In this document: positions 25,701-37,150 of the stretch, one piece after another
How positions within the stretch are numbered: the first letter of the stretch is position 1
How the letters are laid out: each line of letters begins with the position of its first letter
Origin: Gonapodya sp. JEL0774
Taxonomy: Eukaryota
Assembly: GCA_027604505.1 (NCBI GenBank)
Contig: JADIIX010000009.1
Location: 62,001-126,000, forward strand
Direction: 5' to 3'
Length of the DNA stretch: 64,000 bases
The notes under the pieces: model-generated
Database searches by the model: none
Seen by the model: the letters and a program-made list of their open reading frames with translations, nothing else
Told to the model about the DNA's origin: nothing
Made by a program: the position numbers and the translations under genes

Positions 25701-26478
25701 GGATCTGGAGGCGGAGGTTTTTGAGAGTTTCCTGGTCCTGGGCCGAGGAACGGTGGGCGATTTCTGTGGAGGCGAGATTTGCGGTGTATTCGTTGTGGAG
25801 GTCGAGCTGCTGTGCGTAGAGAGTGTCGGAGTGTTGTCTGGATCTGAGGATGGCGCGGTGCATCTTGTCGTACTCTGCGCGGAGTTTGACGAGGTTGTCA
25901 TCGGCGAGGAGGAGGTCGAGTGTTGAGGCGTATTCTTGCTGAGCGATGAGGAAGTCAGCGTCGAGGAGTTGCTTGTCAGCGAGGCCCGGAGGAGGGGAGG
26001 AGGGGAGGGAAGAGCGAGTGCGGGAAGAGGAGGAGGGATTGGGATTTGGTTGGTTTGAGTCTGGATGGGATTGAGGGGAGGGAGAGGGAGAGGGAGAGGC
26101 GGAAGGAAGAGGGGGTAAGGAGAGGTCGATGAGAGGGAATTGGGGTGATTGGGGTGGTTGAGAATNNNNNNNNNNTGGTGTTGCTAACTGTGCACACGCC
26201 AGTCGTCGCTTTGGTCGTAGCGTCTTCGGGGGGGTGGTTGGGGTGACGGTTGTGGTGGGTGGGGTTTGCGGGGTGGGTGTGTGTGTGGGAGTGGCGGATG
26301 GAAGCGGGGGTAAGGTGTGGTGGTTGTGATGGTAGTGGGGTGTTTGGGGTGGTTGAGAATCGGGGGAGGGAATGAGGGAGTGAGAGTGATTGGGAGATTG
26401 AGAGGGGGAGGGAGAGTGTGGATGGGGGGGCGATTGAGAGGAGGGGACGACGTTTGGGAGGGACGACTGCGACTCCAT
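22780..26478 (-). CDS. CFAP58: Cilia- and flagella-associated protein 58 (CCDC147/FAP58)
   Basis: KLKHQQNLYETAQSDRNVHAKHL, EEELKNPMNVHRWRKLEGTNP, LITK|TEENRSKE. Introns 24787-25269 and 23113-23295; N gap in first exon. Confidence 0.9.
24806..24932. repeat. 17-bp minisatellite (GGTGAGGGAGTGGGGWR)n, about 7 copies, in CFAP58 intron
   Basis: Directly visible tandem units ggtgagggagtggggta/aa/tg. Confidence 0.9.
25243..25263. repeat. (AC)n microsatellite at the 5' end of CFAP58 intron 1
   Basis: acacacacacacacacacaca next to the minus-strand donor GTGCGT at 25269. Confidence 0.9.
26166..26175. other. Assembly gap (10 N)
   Basis: nnnnnnnnnn. Confidence 1.
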
Positions 26479-26659
26479 TTTGGAGGGGAACGAGGGAGAG
26501 TGGGTGAGTGTGGGGGAGAGTGCGTGGGTACGTGTGCAGGTCGGTGCCAGTCGTGGTGTGTGGGTGCCCCCATCGGAGGAGGCCCGTGCATCCGCAGCAC
26601 ACACACCCACAACCAACCCGAACTCCACCCCACTTACGAAACATTCCCCCACTCAACAA

Positions 26660-27627
26660 ATGGCAGAGGTGCGCACCATTCAAAACTTCCTGCCTTCCCT
26701 CTTTCCCCCTTTCTCTCTTTTTCTCATTCTCCCTCCCTTTCCCCTCTTTCCTCCCCCTTCTCCCCATTTCTCCCTCTCCACTCCCCACTCCCCACTCCCC
26801 TTCCCACTCCCCTTACTCCCCCATACTCCCCCAATACTCCTTCCCTCTCTTAAAGCATCTCGCGTCAATCTACGGAACCGAAAAGGACAAGGTCAACTGC
26901 TCCTTCTATTTCAAAATCGGCGCTTGCAGACACGGCGAACGCTGCTCCAGAAAACACGTCAAGCCCACCTTCTCCCAGACAGTCCTCGTCCCCTCCCTCT
27001 ACCAGAACCCCTCTCTCAACCCCGCGAACGGTGTCATCTCAGAGGCAGCCCTCCAGGAGGACTTTGACCTCTTTTACGAAGACATCTTTGTCGAACTCGC
27101 AAAGTACGGCGAAATAGAGGAAATGAACGTTTGCGATAACGTCGGTGAACATCTGGTGCGTCCTCGCAGCGTGCCCTTGAGAGAGGGGCCAGCTCCCAGC
27201 GTCAGCGAGACATCGTGACGGGCTCGCCCCCCGCCCGGAGAGAGAGAGCGGTCCGTAGTCGCGCGATGAGCGGATCTCATTTCCCACTGTGATACGTGCG
27301 GACGGGCTTGGGCTTTGCTCCGCCGAGAGAGAGTGTGGTCCATGTTGGCCCAGTCACCGGATCTCATTTCCCAGTTCCTCCTACTCATGTTCCTTCTCCC
27401 GTGTACCTTCATATCTCGCCCTCCCCACCCACCCTCCCCCACCGGCCCTCCCCCAGGTCGGCAACGTCTACATCCGCTTCCGCTACGAAGAAGACGCCCA
27501 AAAGGCCGTCGACGGCCTCAACGACCGGTTCTACTCGGGAAGACCGCTCTACGCGGAACTTTCTCCCGTTACGGACTTTAGAGAGGCCTGTTGTAGGCAG
27601 TATGAGAATGGGGAGGTGAGTGAGAGT

Positions 27628-27662
<35 letters not shown>

Positions 27663-28950
27663 GACGTCGGAGAGTTGGGGCGGGGGGGACGGGGGACGAG
27701 GGAGGGGGGGCGGGGGACTGGGGACGAGGGAGGAGNNNNNNNNNNTGGGGGGCGGGCTGGGCGGGGGGGGGGGGGCGGGGGCGCGCGGCGGGGGCGGGGG
27801 CGCCCCCCCCCCGGGCGCGCGGGGGCGGCCGGGGCCCGGCGCGCGGGGGGGCGGGGGACTGGGGACGAGGGAGGAGAGACGAGAGCCGATGGGTCGAATG
27901 AAAGACGAGAGCGGAGGGTTGAATGAGAGGGCAGAGGGGAGGGTCGAATGCGAGGGCCGAGGGTCTAGAGCAGAGCGATATCGAGACTTCTCGAGAGCGG
28001 AAGTGGAGATGGGAATGGGGTTTGACCAGGTCTCAAGAGTTTTGCGCCTGAGTTTGGGATTGGGATGGTGTCTGTTTTGGTCGCAATTCGTGTCCATGTC
28101 TGCGTTCCGCTGGGGTCTCGGTGTGGGTCCATGTTCGGACGCCCCCTTGGCGACCGACCGCGTGGTGATGGCACTGTTAACACTGTACTGTCGTTGCGCG
28201 AGCTTCGGTTGGACGCTTTTTGGTCTGACACGCGTGTCCGCTTCCGTCTCCCTTCCGCCTACCGCCCCCTCCCACATCTCACATGTCCATATTACATCGT
28301 GTCCATCCTCGTGTCTTAGTGTGGTCGAGGTGCGTATACCGCTTTTCCGCATGGACATTGTGCGTCGTCTCATCGTGTATCGTGTGACCCTTTCACGGCC
28401 TCCCTCAACCCGACACCCCACCACACCTCCAACACTCTAAAACCCCCTCCACCATCCCGCAGGCGGTTTCTGCAACTTCATGCACCTCAAAGAAGTCTCC
28501 TCCCGCGTTGCTCGGAAACTCTTTGACGCGCAGCGCAAGTCGATACGCATGTTGCGGGACAAGAAGCGGGACCGGAGTCGGAGTCGGAGCGGGACGCCCG
28601 CCGGGAGGGATAGGGAGAGGGACAGGGAGAGGGAGAGGGAGAGGAAGGACAGGGACAGGGAGAGGGGGGACAGGGGGGATAGGGACAGGGAGAGGGAGAA
28701 GGAGAGAAGGGACAGGGAGAGGGAGGACAAGGGGGGTGACCGGGAGCGGGAGCGGGGGGACCGGGGTGACCGGGAGCGTGATCGCGGGGACAGGCGGTCG
28801 CGGGCGAGGGACGAGGAGGAGGACCGGGGGGAGAGGGGAGAGAGGGGAGAGAAGGGGGACAGGGGGGACAGGGAGAAGAGTGAGCGGAGCGAGCGGGACA
28901 GGGAGAGGAAGAGGGTCAAGGTTGACGAGGAGGTCCAGGACGACTATTAG
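26660..28950 (+). CDS. U2AF1: Splicing factor U2AF small subunit (U2AF35/U2AF1)
   Basis: Exons 26660-26668, 26856-27155, 27457-27615, 28320-28329, 28463-28950 give MAE|HLASIYGTEKDKVNCSFYFKIGACRHG...|VGNVYIRF...FREACCRQYENGE|CGRG|GFCNFMHLK plus an R/D/E tail. Confidence 0.98.
27736..27745. other. Assembly gap (10 N) in G-rich low-complexity intron
   Basis: nnnnnnnnnn; a ~30-nt G-rich string occurs both just before the gap and ~100 nt after it. Confidence 1.
28605..28915 (+). repeat. Purine-rich coding low-complexity repeat (RD/RE/RG dipeptides)
   Basis: agggacagggagaggg-type hexamer repeats in the U2AF1 last exon. Confidence 0.9.
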
Positions 28951-29464
28951 ACGGGCAGCTGACAGGGGGGCGCCGGTGGAATGGGGTGGGGGTTTTACGA
29001 TGTGGTGTATCCCTATACATAGTCCGAACGAAATATTTTCGACGTTGACGTTGTAGATGATGGGCCGAAAATTAAAATTTCATCATGTGCACCCCAAAAG
29101 TTTCCCAGTTCAATTTTTTCAAAGGAACTTCATTGAGATCATCCGCCGCTTTTTGCACGGTAGGACGGGGGACGGGAACGATGTGGTCGATGTTTGGATG
29201 GTGGAGTGTGAGTGCGTGTGCGCGCCGTGGTCCCGCCGCCATGTGAACCACCACAAAAACACCCTTCACCAGCCCGGGCCCCCCACACGCCAAACAGTGT
29301 GTTCTCAGGAATTCAAAATTTATGAAAGTATTTCGAAGCGTGATGTGTATACAATCGAGCTTTTAGTGTGCGGTTTCAGTGTGTGGAATCGGCATATGGG
29401 TTCTCTGAGGACGGACTGTGGGGTACGTGTAATTCATCTCCACCCCCACACACGTCCCACATCA

Positions 29465-30564
29465 TTAGTGGCGCATCAACACTGAGTCCACAGACGAACT
29501 GATCAGAGTGGAAGGGTCAAACAAGGCGCCTAGCCACACAACGGTTGAAGACTCTGTGGCCCCAACCCACTCACTCACATTGTGGCCCCTCGGCACCTTC
29601 TACCATCACGAGCAGCGCCATCCCAAGTACCAGTATGAGCACCAAGCCCATCCACAGTGCGAGTCCGCCTCGGTTCTCGGTCGCGGGTTTTGCCGACGTG
29701 GTCGCCACGACCACGGCCTTCATTGACGTCACCTGCGCACCGAGCTCGGCGATTTCCGCGCGAGCAGCCGCGAGTTCTTTGCGTGTCTCGCGCATTTCTT
29801 CGAAGATGGTGGCGGCGGAGGGGGCGGGGGAGGTTTCGAATGTTGGCGGGAGGCGGTGACACAAGGTGTCCGTTGGGAACGGACATGATGCCAGGCCACC
29901 ACGGACAGCGGGAGGCGTCCGTGGGTTCACTGAGTGCATATCCGTATCGGCTTCGGGCGTATCGATCTCATCGAAGCAGAATTCGATGCGGTCAAGTTGC
30001 TCGGCAGATGTGCGGGATGACGTGAAGGATTTGGAACTTGTGTCTGTAGCCATTACGGATAAGAAGGTGATGAGCGGAGACTGCGTGATTGACGTGTAAG
30101 GGTGTGGAACGTACCAGAGACGTTTTTGTAGGTCGGAGTATCCTGGATTTCTGTCGGTTTTGACAGGTCTGTCACCAGGAGATATTCCAGGTTAGGATTT
30201 GGTTTTGCATGTGCCCATATTTTGGCCAGATAGAATCATGCTCACGCTCATCCTGGATGTGCTCTCCATCCTCTGAATCGACTCCCGGACCATAGATATC
30301 CTTCTCGATCAATGTGTCTTCGGATGAGAGCCGGACAAACGTTTCTTTCACGACAACCTCTCTAGGGTACAGATTATCGGATCGAGTGCCGAGTCGACGG
30401 TAGTGTTGCCCGATGGGAATGGAAGAGCGCTTTGGCGACTGTCTGGACGATCCCAGGACCGGGATGCGCGAGGTCGCGTTCATCACGGGATGGGAGCCGT
30501 CGGCGAGGCTTGGGGAGGGAATGGAAGCGATCTTTGGTTTGTAAGATGTAGAGATCGCGTTCAT
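29465..30564 (-). CDS. Hypothetical tail-anchored-like protein (disordered N-terminus, short coiled coil, C-terminal TM helix)
   Basis: ORFs 30172-30564 and 29571-30053; IFEEMRETRKELAAARAEIAELGAQV then GLALWMGLVLILVLGMALLVMV; probable tiny last exon ending TAA at 29465. Confidence 0.6.
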
Positions 30565-30692
30565 TGCGGTTATTTATCGTAATTGATGCGAGTGGGGGAG
30601 TTCTGAGGGGTGATGGTGTGGAGAATGCGGAGAACCAACGACAGACACAGGATTCGTCCCTGACACGGAACTGCACTTCAAATAAATTACCA

Positions 30693-31770
30693 ATGCCGAA
30701 CCTATACTTCTTCCGGCATGTAATGACCTCAAAGGTCTTGCTCTCTACCAACTACATTCTGAAGGTATGTCATGCGTGCCTGGTCTCTGCCGGTTAGCTC
30801 TTCAACGACTCTACTTCACCCGTCAAAATTTGTTTTCTCGCCGTCCCTTTCACTTCCATCACCAATCGACCCGCTAAGCCTAATCTCTACAAACAGATTG
30901 GTGAACATTGGCCATCGCACTCCATTCGACCCGACCACTGGGTCCCGTTTGTAGTTCTTGCCGGTGTGTTACTTTCACACAATTTCAGGGCCTCTCCTCG
31001 GCGTCATTCCCTCCACTAATTTCTTTTGAACTCGGCTCATACGTAAATTTTATGATTTCGTAGGGATTCCAACACTCGACTTCGCCAAGCTCTTACAGCA
31101 GTCGGTACTCTCGAGGAAACCGGCCCCACCCCTCCCCATCCCCACGTATCGAACACCAATCTACAAATTCCCATCGCGGCTGGCAGTAGAGCGCCAGAGC
31201 GATAGACCCTCTGAGGACTCTGAGGACTCCGAGGACTCCGAGGATTCTCAGCTGGTAGTTCGACCATACACAGTCTCTGATGATATTCGAGAGCGTGTCG
31301 TGCACCTGTGCGAGGCATTACAGGAACACGAGAAAGTACTGACGAACCTGCGAGTGGACACTGTGAAGAGGGATGCTGTGGAAAGTGGCAAGAAACTGCC
31401 CAGAGTCGAATCCGGAAGTCCGGCACCTTCAGCAATCGCACCGCCATCTTTGTATTGGGAGCGGGATGAATTCCGAGCTGTAATCACAGAACACCAACTC
31501 ATTTGGCCGAGCTGGGTCTCGCATTACCAACTTCAACTGAAGAGAGGGAGGTTCCCAGTCGGACTGCCGGGGTACGACGAACGGCGTCGAGTGGACGTAT
31601 ACGAGGAGGATCCCACAGACATGATGGGATTCAAAAGTAGAAGACTAAAGCGAGAGTTACGAAGGTATGACTGGAAGGAGATGGCGGTGCCAAGCGAGGA
31701 AATGATCAAGGCATCAAAAGTCCCAAAAATGAGTAAACGGCAGAACAAGGACTGGATTTATAGAGTATAA
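30693..31770 (+). CDS. MHR1: Mitochondrial ribosomal protein mL67 / Mhr1 family
   Basis: MPNLYFFRHVMTSKVLLS, SIRPDHWVPFVVL and PSLYWERDEFR parallel remembered yeast Mhr1 QVYIFRNLEYGQVLYS, SLRRDIWKCMCVV and PSIYWEDPWR. Confidence 0.7.
31210..31248 (+). repeat. 9-bp coding tandem repeat, (SED)x4
   Basis: tctgaggac tctgaggac tccgaggac tccgaggat tct. Confidence 0.9.
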
Positions 31771-31902
31771 TCTTGGAATGTAGGACTGAAGAACCGCACT
31801 TAACAAATCAAGTATCAAGTAGTTTGCATTTTAGCATTGAATGGGGGGCATGGTGAGGTGTTTCAATACTTCCACCCTCACGTTACCACAAACAGGGATT
31901 CC

Positions 31903-34900
31903 ATGGATGCCGATCCATACCCCGCTGCCTATTTCACCGGACGAACAGCAACTGGCAACCGGCGACCTATGCTTCCCTACTCCATCCCCGTGAAGATGCC
32001 CACACTGGCATCACACTACGATCCCTCTCCCGACGCGACCGCCTACGCTCTGCATGAGATGGAGAAGCTGAGGTCGACTGTGCGACAGAAGGATGTAGAT
32101 ATGGCGCAATTGCGACACGAGATCGCGTTGTTGAAACAGGTGAGTTATCGGAGCATGAAGTCATCAAAACAATTTCATTTATACTTACATAATCGGACTC
32201 CCATTACAACATGCCTCACCGCGCGCCTTGCTCGCAAATCAGACGGAGCGTCGACAGACGCGGGAGATCGAGGCGCTCGAGTCTGCAGCCGATGATGCTC
32301 CCAGAGTAATTGGAGGTTTGCGGGAGGAAATAGCCGGGCTCAAGGTGAGTGTCCTAGTTTCTGTAGAAAGTCATGGAGAGTAGCACGTCAGAATTCGTGA
32401 GTGGGATCATTGTTCTGCAGGCCAAGCTGAAGCAGTATTTCCAAATGCATGCCTCCGATGGGCGACAGGTGCGTCAGAATGCACGTCCAACGCAATGAGA
32501 CATGGAAACATTTCTTTTATTTGCACCGCTTCCTTTGTTGTGGAATGGTCAGATTCGGTCGTACGGGGAACAGATGCAGAAGCTGAGAGAGACCAACGAA
32601 AAGAATGAAGCTATTATCAACGCAAAGGATCTGGCAACCAGAGAGCAAATGGCCGAAGAGATCAAGAATGGAAAATTGCGAATTGCGGAATTGGATGGAC
32701 TCAACTCCGTGAGCGTCAAATGAGGTTTGATGTGAAAATGGAAGGTGAACCACATTTCTCATTTTTCGGGAGAACAGGAATTGAAGAGGAAATTGGATCT
32801 TCTAGAAAGAAACTTTGGTGCGGAGAATAAAAGCTTACGTGGTATTATTCACACATATGGCGAGGAGAGGGTCGCATCGCAAGACCGAATAGACGAGCTT
32901 GAGGAGACCTTGCGGGTTGGTTTCCACATTACGATAGGCACAATGATCACCTCACCAAAAGATTACCACTGCAGGAGAAAGATAAACAAATCGCATCTCT
33001 CTCTATATATCGCTTCAATGCTATGCACCGCATTTGTAAGCTGTGTCAAAAACGGGAGAAAGAACAAGAGGATTTCCACCGCCGAACATCTGCATACCGT
33101 GAGATGCGCCAATTTCGTTCTCGTTCGTTATTGTTTTCCGTTGCCTTCCTCTGAGAGTGCTTTTTCGAATTGCTGCCATGACAGAAAAGATGCCACGAGT
33201 CCTGCCACCATCTCTGAAGGCTGTCTCTCCCACGGATGTCGCGATGGACCTTACATTACCGACACTCGCACCGGACGTCGATTTCGACGAGATTGAGGTT
33301 CAATACTCAACCGACCCCCGGATAATGGATGACGTCAAATCAGTTATTGTGACGGCCAAATCTGTCAGTGCCTTGGCTGGTGTGGTGAATTCAATCGCCA
33401 ACGACGAAGCACAGAAGGATTCAGTGCCGATTTCCGTGCCAGGGGAGCCGAACGAAGAAGTAGCTAAGATGCCAACGAACGAAATCATGAATGAAGGAGG
33501 GGATGACGGAAATGGACGGCTTCCAGTTCAGATTGGAACCGGCCCAAAAGATTCGGATACACCAGCTCCACCTCCGGCAGCCGAGAAACTCAATGATCCT
33601 GCTACTGTGATGCTGACAATGAACGTGACTGGCCTCGAAACTGGACGTTATTACTATTTCCACCTCATTCCGAGAAAGGGGGAAATTGAAGGAACCCCAT
33701 CTAGGATCGATTCTGTGTTGGTTGGTGAGCATCGAGCTAGCTATGGGTCCACGCCATTATCTCTGAGCTATTCATTTCGCAAGATGTTCCACCGGCTGCT
33801 CCACCAAAACCTCTCATTCAGGTTTCCCAAAATCCCGCATCCGTTACTCTTGAACTTCAGAAACCCATCGAAAATGGTGGAAGTCCATGCACTACCTTCA
33901 GAGTATATCACTCTTGTTGGGCAGATATGCGGAACGCTGTGGTGGTTGGGGAACCTCAAGCTCAGAATCTTGAGTGGACGTATCTCGAACCAGCACCATT
34001 GGTTGGTCACTGGTTTGTCGTCTCGGCTGTGAATGGTTTTGGGGAAGGACCTCGAAGTGACGTTTCTGAGAGAGTGTTTATTGGTAGGTCTGCGCCCGCT
34101 CCGTTTATGATTCACACTGATGAGGCAGAGGCCCACAGATTTAAGACCGAACAGACCGGCGAAGCCACGTGGGAAACACATTTCCTCGACTTCTGCTAAA
34201 CTGTTTACACTTACTTCTCCAAATGGTGGTTCGGACATTGTCTCCTACAGGCTGTCACTCAAACGCGTAAGAGTATCGACTTCGCGTGCGAACTTGGCGA
34301 AACCGGAAACAGAAAAGGATGGAGTTTCAGAAGCAGTTGAAGAGGTCGTGAACGTGACTGGGGAGACCACAAAAGTCGCAGGAGAATTTTCCTACATAAA
34401 GGAAGGGCTTGAGCCCGGCTCGACCTACACATTCCGATTGAAAGCCATCAATTGCGTTGGTGAGAGTGAATGGAGTGAGGAGAGCGAAGAAGTCACTTTA
34501 GGTGAGATCAAAAGCGCTTTGTGCCGTCCTCCGCCCGCCGCTCACACTCTCTTCCAGATGATGAACTCCCTCCCCCCGATGCGCCTACTGTCATTCAGAC
34601 GCTTCCATCTTCTGTTACGTTCCGATTTGACGACCTCGCGACGTATTTTACTCTGCAGCCACGAGTGCTGGGTATCAAACTCGTCTCTTCTCATGATCCT
34701 GAGTTGCAAAACGACCTCGTCGTAGAGGCAAGCTGCATACCATTACAGCAAGCTGGTGAGGTCACCGTCGAACACCTCGAATCCGGCATCAAATACTACT
34801 TCGCAGCAGCTTTGGTTGGTGAGAAAGAAAATGGTCCGCTGTCCACAGCCTCCGAGGTATTGCTCCCCGGTGAGTAGTGCCCTAGCCGCTCAGGCAGGAG

Positions 34901-35249
34901 TATTGATCCACTGACATTCCTGATTGGATCTCCAGCAATGCGCAATGAGCCATCCCCCATTCCAACACCTCAACCTGCCACACCTCGTCAAACGAGCCGA
35001 CCACCCAGTACCAAAGCTCCGACTCCAATCCCAGTTGCCCCATCTAGTAATCTCTCACGTTCTCCGACTCGTTCGAATCACGATTTGAATCGAAGTGGCA
35101 AGCACTCGCACCAGGATTGCCAGAAGCCCGAGCCATCGAAGCTAGGGGATTCGCGGCGCTCGAATGCTAGTCTGAGCAAACGTTCGCTTAATGATGTCCG
35201 AAAGTCAAATAGCGAGTTGAAGGGAGCTGTGAAGAAAGGGGTTACATGA
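31903..35249 (+). CDS. Lebercilin (LCA5)-like coiled-coil domain fused to about 4 fibronectin type III domains
   Basis: N-terminal LRHEIALLKQ|TERRQTREIE...APRVIGGLREEIAGLK|AKLKQ...AKDLATREQM...ELKRKLDLLERNF fits the lebercilin pattern. FN3 signatures VTGLETGRYYYF, ENGGSP...VSAVNGFGEGPRS, NGGSDIVSY...GLEPGSTYTFRLKAINCVGESEWS, HLESGIKYYFAA. Confidence 0.72.
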
Positions 35250-35370
35250 CAACAGCCGTCGTTGGTACGAAGTTAGCTCCTGAACTATATGTACTGAGGT
35301 TGTCTCATGGTAATTTGATTGATTTGTGATTTGGTACTTGGTACACATGTAACTTTGATGGTTGAATGTT

Positions 35371-37002
35371 CTATGCCATCGCGATTGCAACGTCTCCCTT
35401 CGGTGCAAGTCTGTGTGCGAAAACCTGGTGACTGATGACACCAATTCTCAGGTCGAATTGCTTGATCTCCGCCTGCTCAAATCAAAAGTGAGATGCGGGT
35501 CTATCGTTTAGTTGTCACGAGCTTCACCTTGATCCGAGTGACTGCTTGCTTGATGTTTACAAGAGGTTTTGAATCGGTCATGCCGCTGCCAATCTCGTCC
35601 ATTCGAGCCTGAAGAAGGCGGGAACATAAAAAAACGATTCTCATTAGTCTATTGTGTCTCATGGTCAATCTTGCCTTCAAACCATCCAGTTCTTCGGTGA
35701 CCCGTGCGAGCTCGTCTGCCAAACCGCCGACACTTCCATTCGCTGCGTTCAGTTTCTGCTTGACATCCGATATCTGTTCGCTTAGAACACGATACTCGTC
35801 TATCTGTTTGAGTACGAAAACTTTCTGTTTGTTGCTAGAATGCGCCAGGATTAGAAACGTGAAACTCGCCTGGGCGCCAAATTGAGCGTTGATGTATTTC
35901 TCCCGGCTCGATATCTTTTCCAGGCTCGCAGAAACTTCTGCAGTCACACGAGATAGTTGTGCTTTGGCCTCGGCGAAGGAAGATGAGATGGACTAACGTG
36001 ATGGTTTATGCGCATTAGTTCACACTTGACACAGCCGGTGAACTCAAACCTGCTCTGCTCCCTTCATCTGATTAAGATGCGCTCGCCAATCCTTCACGTC
36101 GTTTGGAATGAGTACTTTGAGAGAAGGTGTGACTCGTTCCACTTCGAGTTGCCATTGAGCCGGATCGACCTTGAATCGTGAAGGCGCGTCAGATCTGCGA
36201 ACAAAAACAAGTCTCAAGCTCTCAGACATGTATACAGTAGTTGTGGGAGTACACCAACGTTCGCGCGTTTGATTCTGTAACCTTTGTGCTGGTAGAGAAC
36301 CCCTCTGGTTCATCGTTTTCGTTGTCTATCGAGCCCGCAATCTTCTCATCAATGGCATCCGTGGTTACTTCGGCTTCAGTATCCACTTCAGCCTCTTCTG
36401 GATAACTTAGGAGAAATTTGCACGAAAATTTGTCTGTATACTAGGAACGGAGAGCCTCCACCGATGTCTCACTCGTCGTTTTTGTGAATAGGCTTTTTGA
36501 ACGAGAACCCCGTAGCCTGCAATGCCTTGTCCGCAAGAGCGTTCAAGACATATGCGACACTAGGGCCATACGGCTGCTTCAACTTCATTGGGCCATACTC
36601 AAAGACGATGTTGAGGGTCTTCAGGGCGTTGACTAGCGTGGTAGCATTTATTCATTCCAGCTCTGGCATTTGATTCCAGCATTAGTATCCACTTACTGAG
36701 AATGGCAGCGGTTGCATTCGGATCATCGAACTGCTGTGGCTCCTCCATTCCTACGCCTGCGAGATTAGCGAGCCACGCGAAGAGCGATGTAAAGTAGAAA
36801 AATTGTTCATTCGGATTGGCGGCCGGTATGACAAAGTAGGCTCGGCTTATTGGATTGAAGTTCCTATGGAGAAACCCCAGCGGCGCTGAACAGGTTGAAA
36901 CGTTCCCATGATATCGAGACACCAGACAGAGGGCGAGCACCTTGGTTTGCAAAATGCCTTTGCATAATTAAGCAATCGCAGCTTATCCAACGCAGAGTCC
37001 AT
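35371..37002 (-). CDS. IFT57: Intraflagellar transport protein 57 (HIPPI)
   Basis: [49 protein letters not shown]...[39 protein letters not shown]. Confidence 0.96.
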
Positions 37003-37150
37003 CCTGGTGGTATTCACCTCGCGGCGTTTGGAACCAAAATACTTATGTACCACTGACGGATTTGGACTGCACACTGGACAAGACCACAGCATCTGAAGGT
37101 TTCGCCTCGGACATCGGGTATCCAATTGTACACGACTTTCACACCAAACT

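Noticed and set aside
23584..25926. Long plus-strand ORFs (350 aa, 339 aa) opposite CFAP58
   Set aside because: Antisense shadows caused by extreme GC3; translations lack any protein-family signal.
27272..27377. 16-nt direct repeat CGGATCTCATTTCCCA twice in U2AF1 intron 2
   Set aside because: Only two copies with no exon or element structure; too little evidence for function, and not a CRISPR-like array.
27700..27880. Duplicated ~30-nt G-rich string and palindrome-like GC tract around the N gap
   Set aside because: Flanks an assembly gap in homopolymer-rich sequence; likely low-quality consensus or overlap artefact.
37003..37150. Possible RFX X-box or E2F/MCB sites in the IFT57/RFC1 spacer
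   Set aside because: Only partial, short matches; not distinguishable from background by eye.
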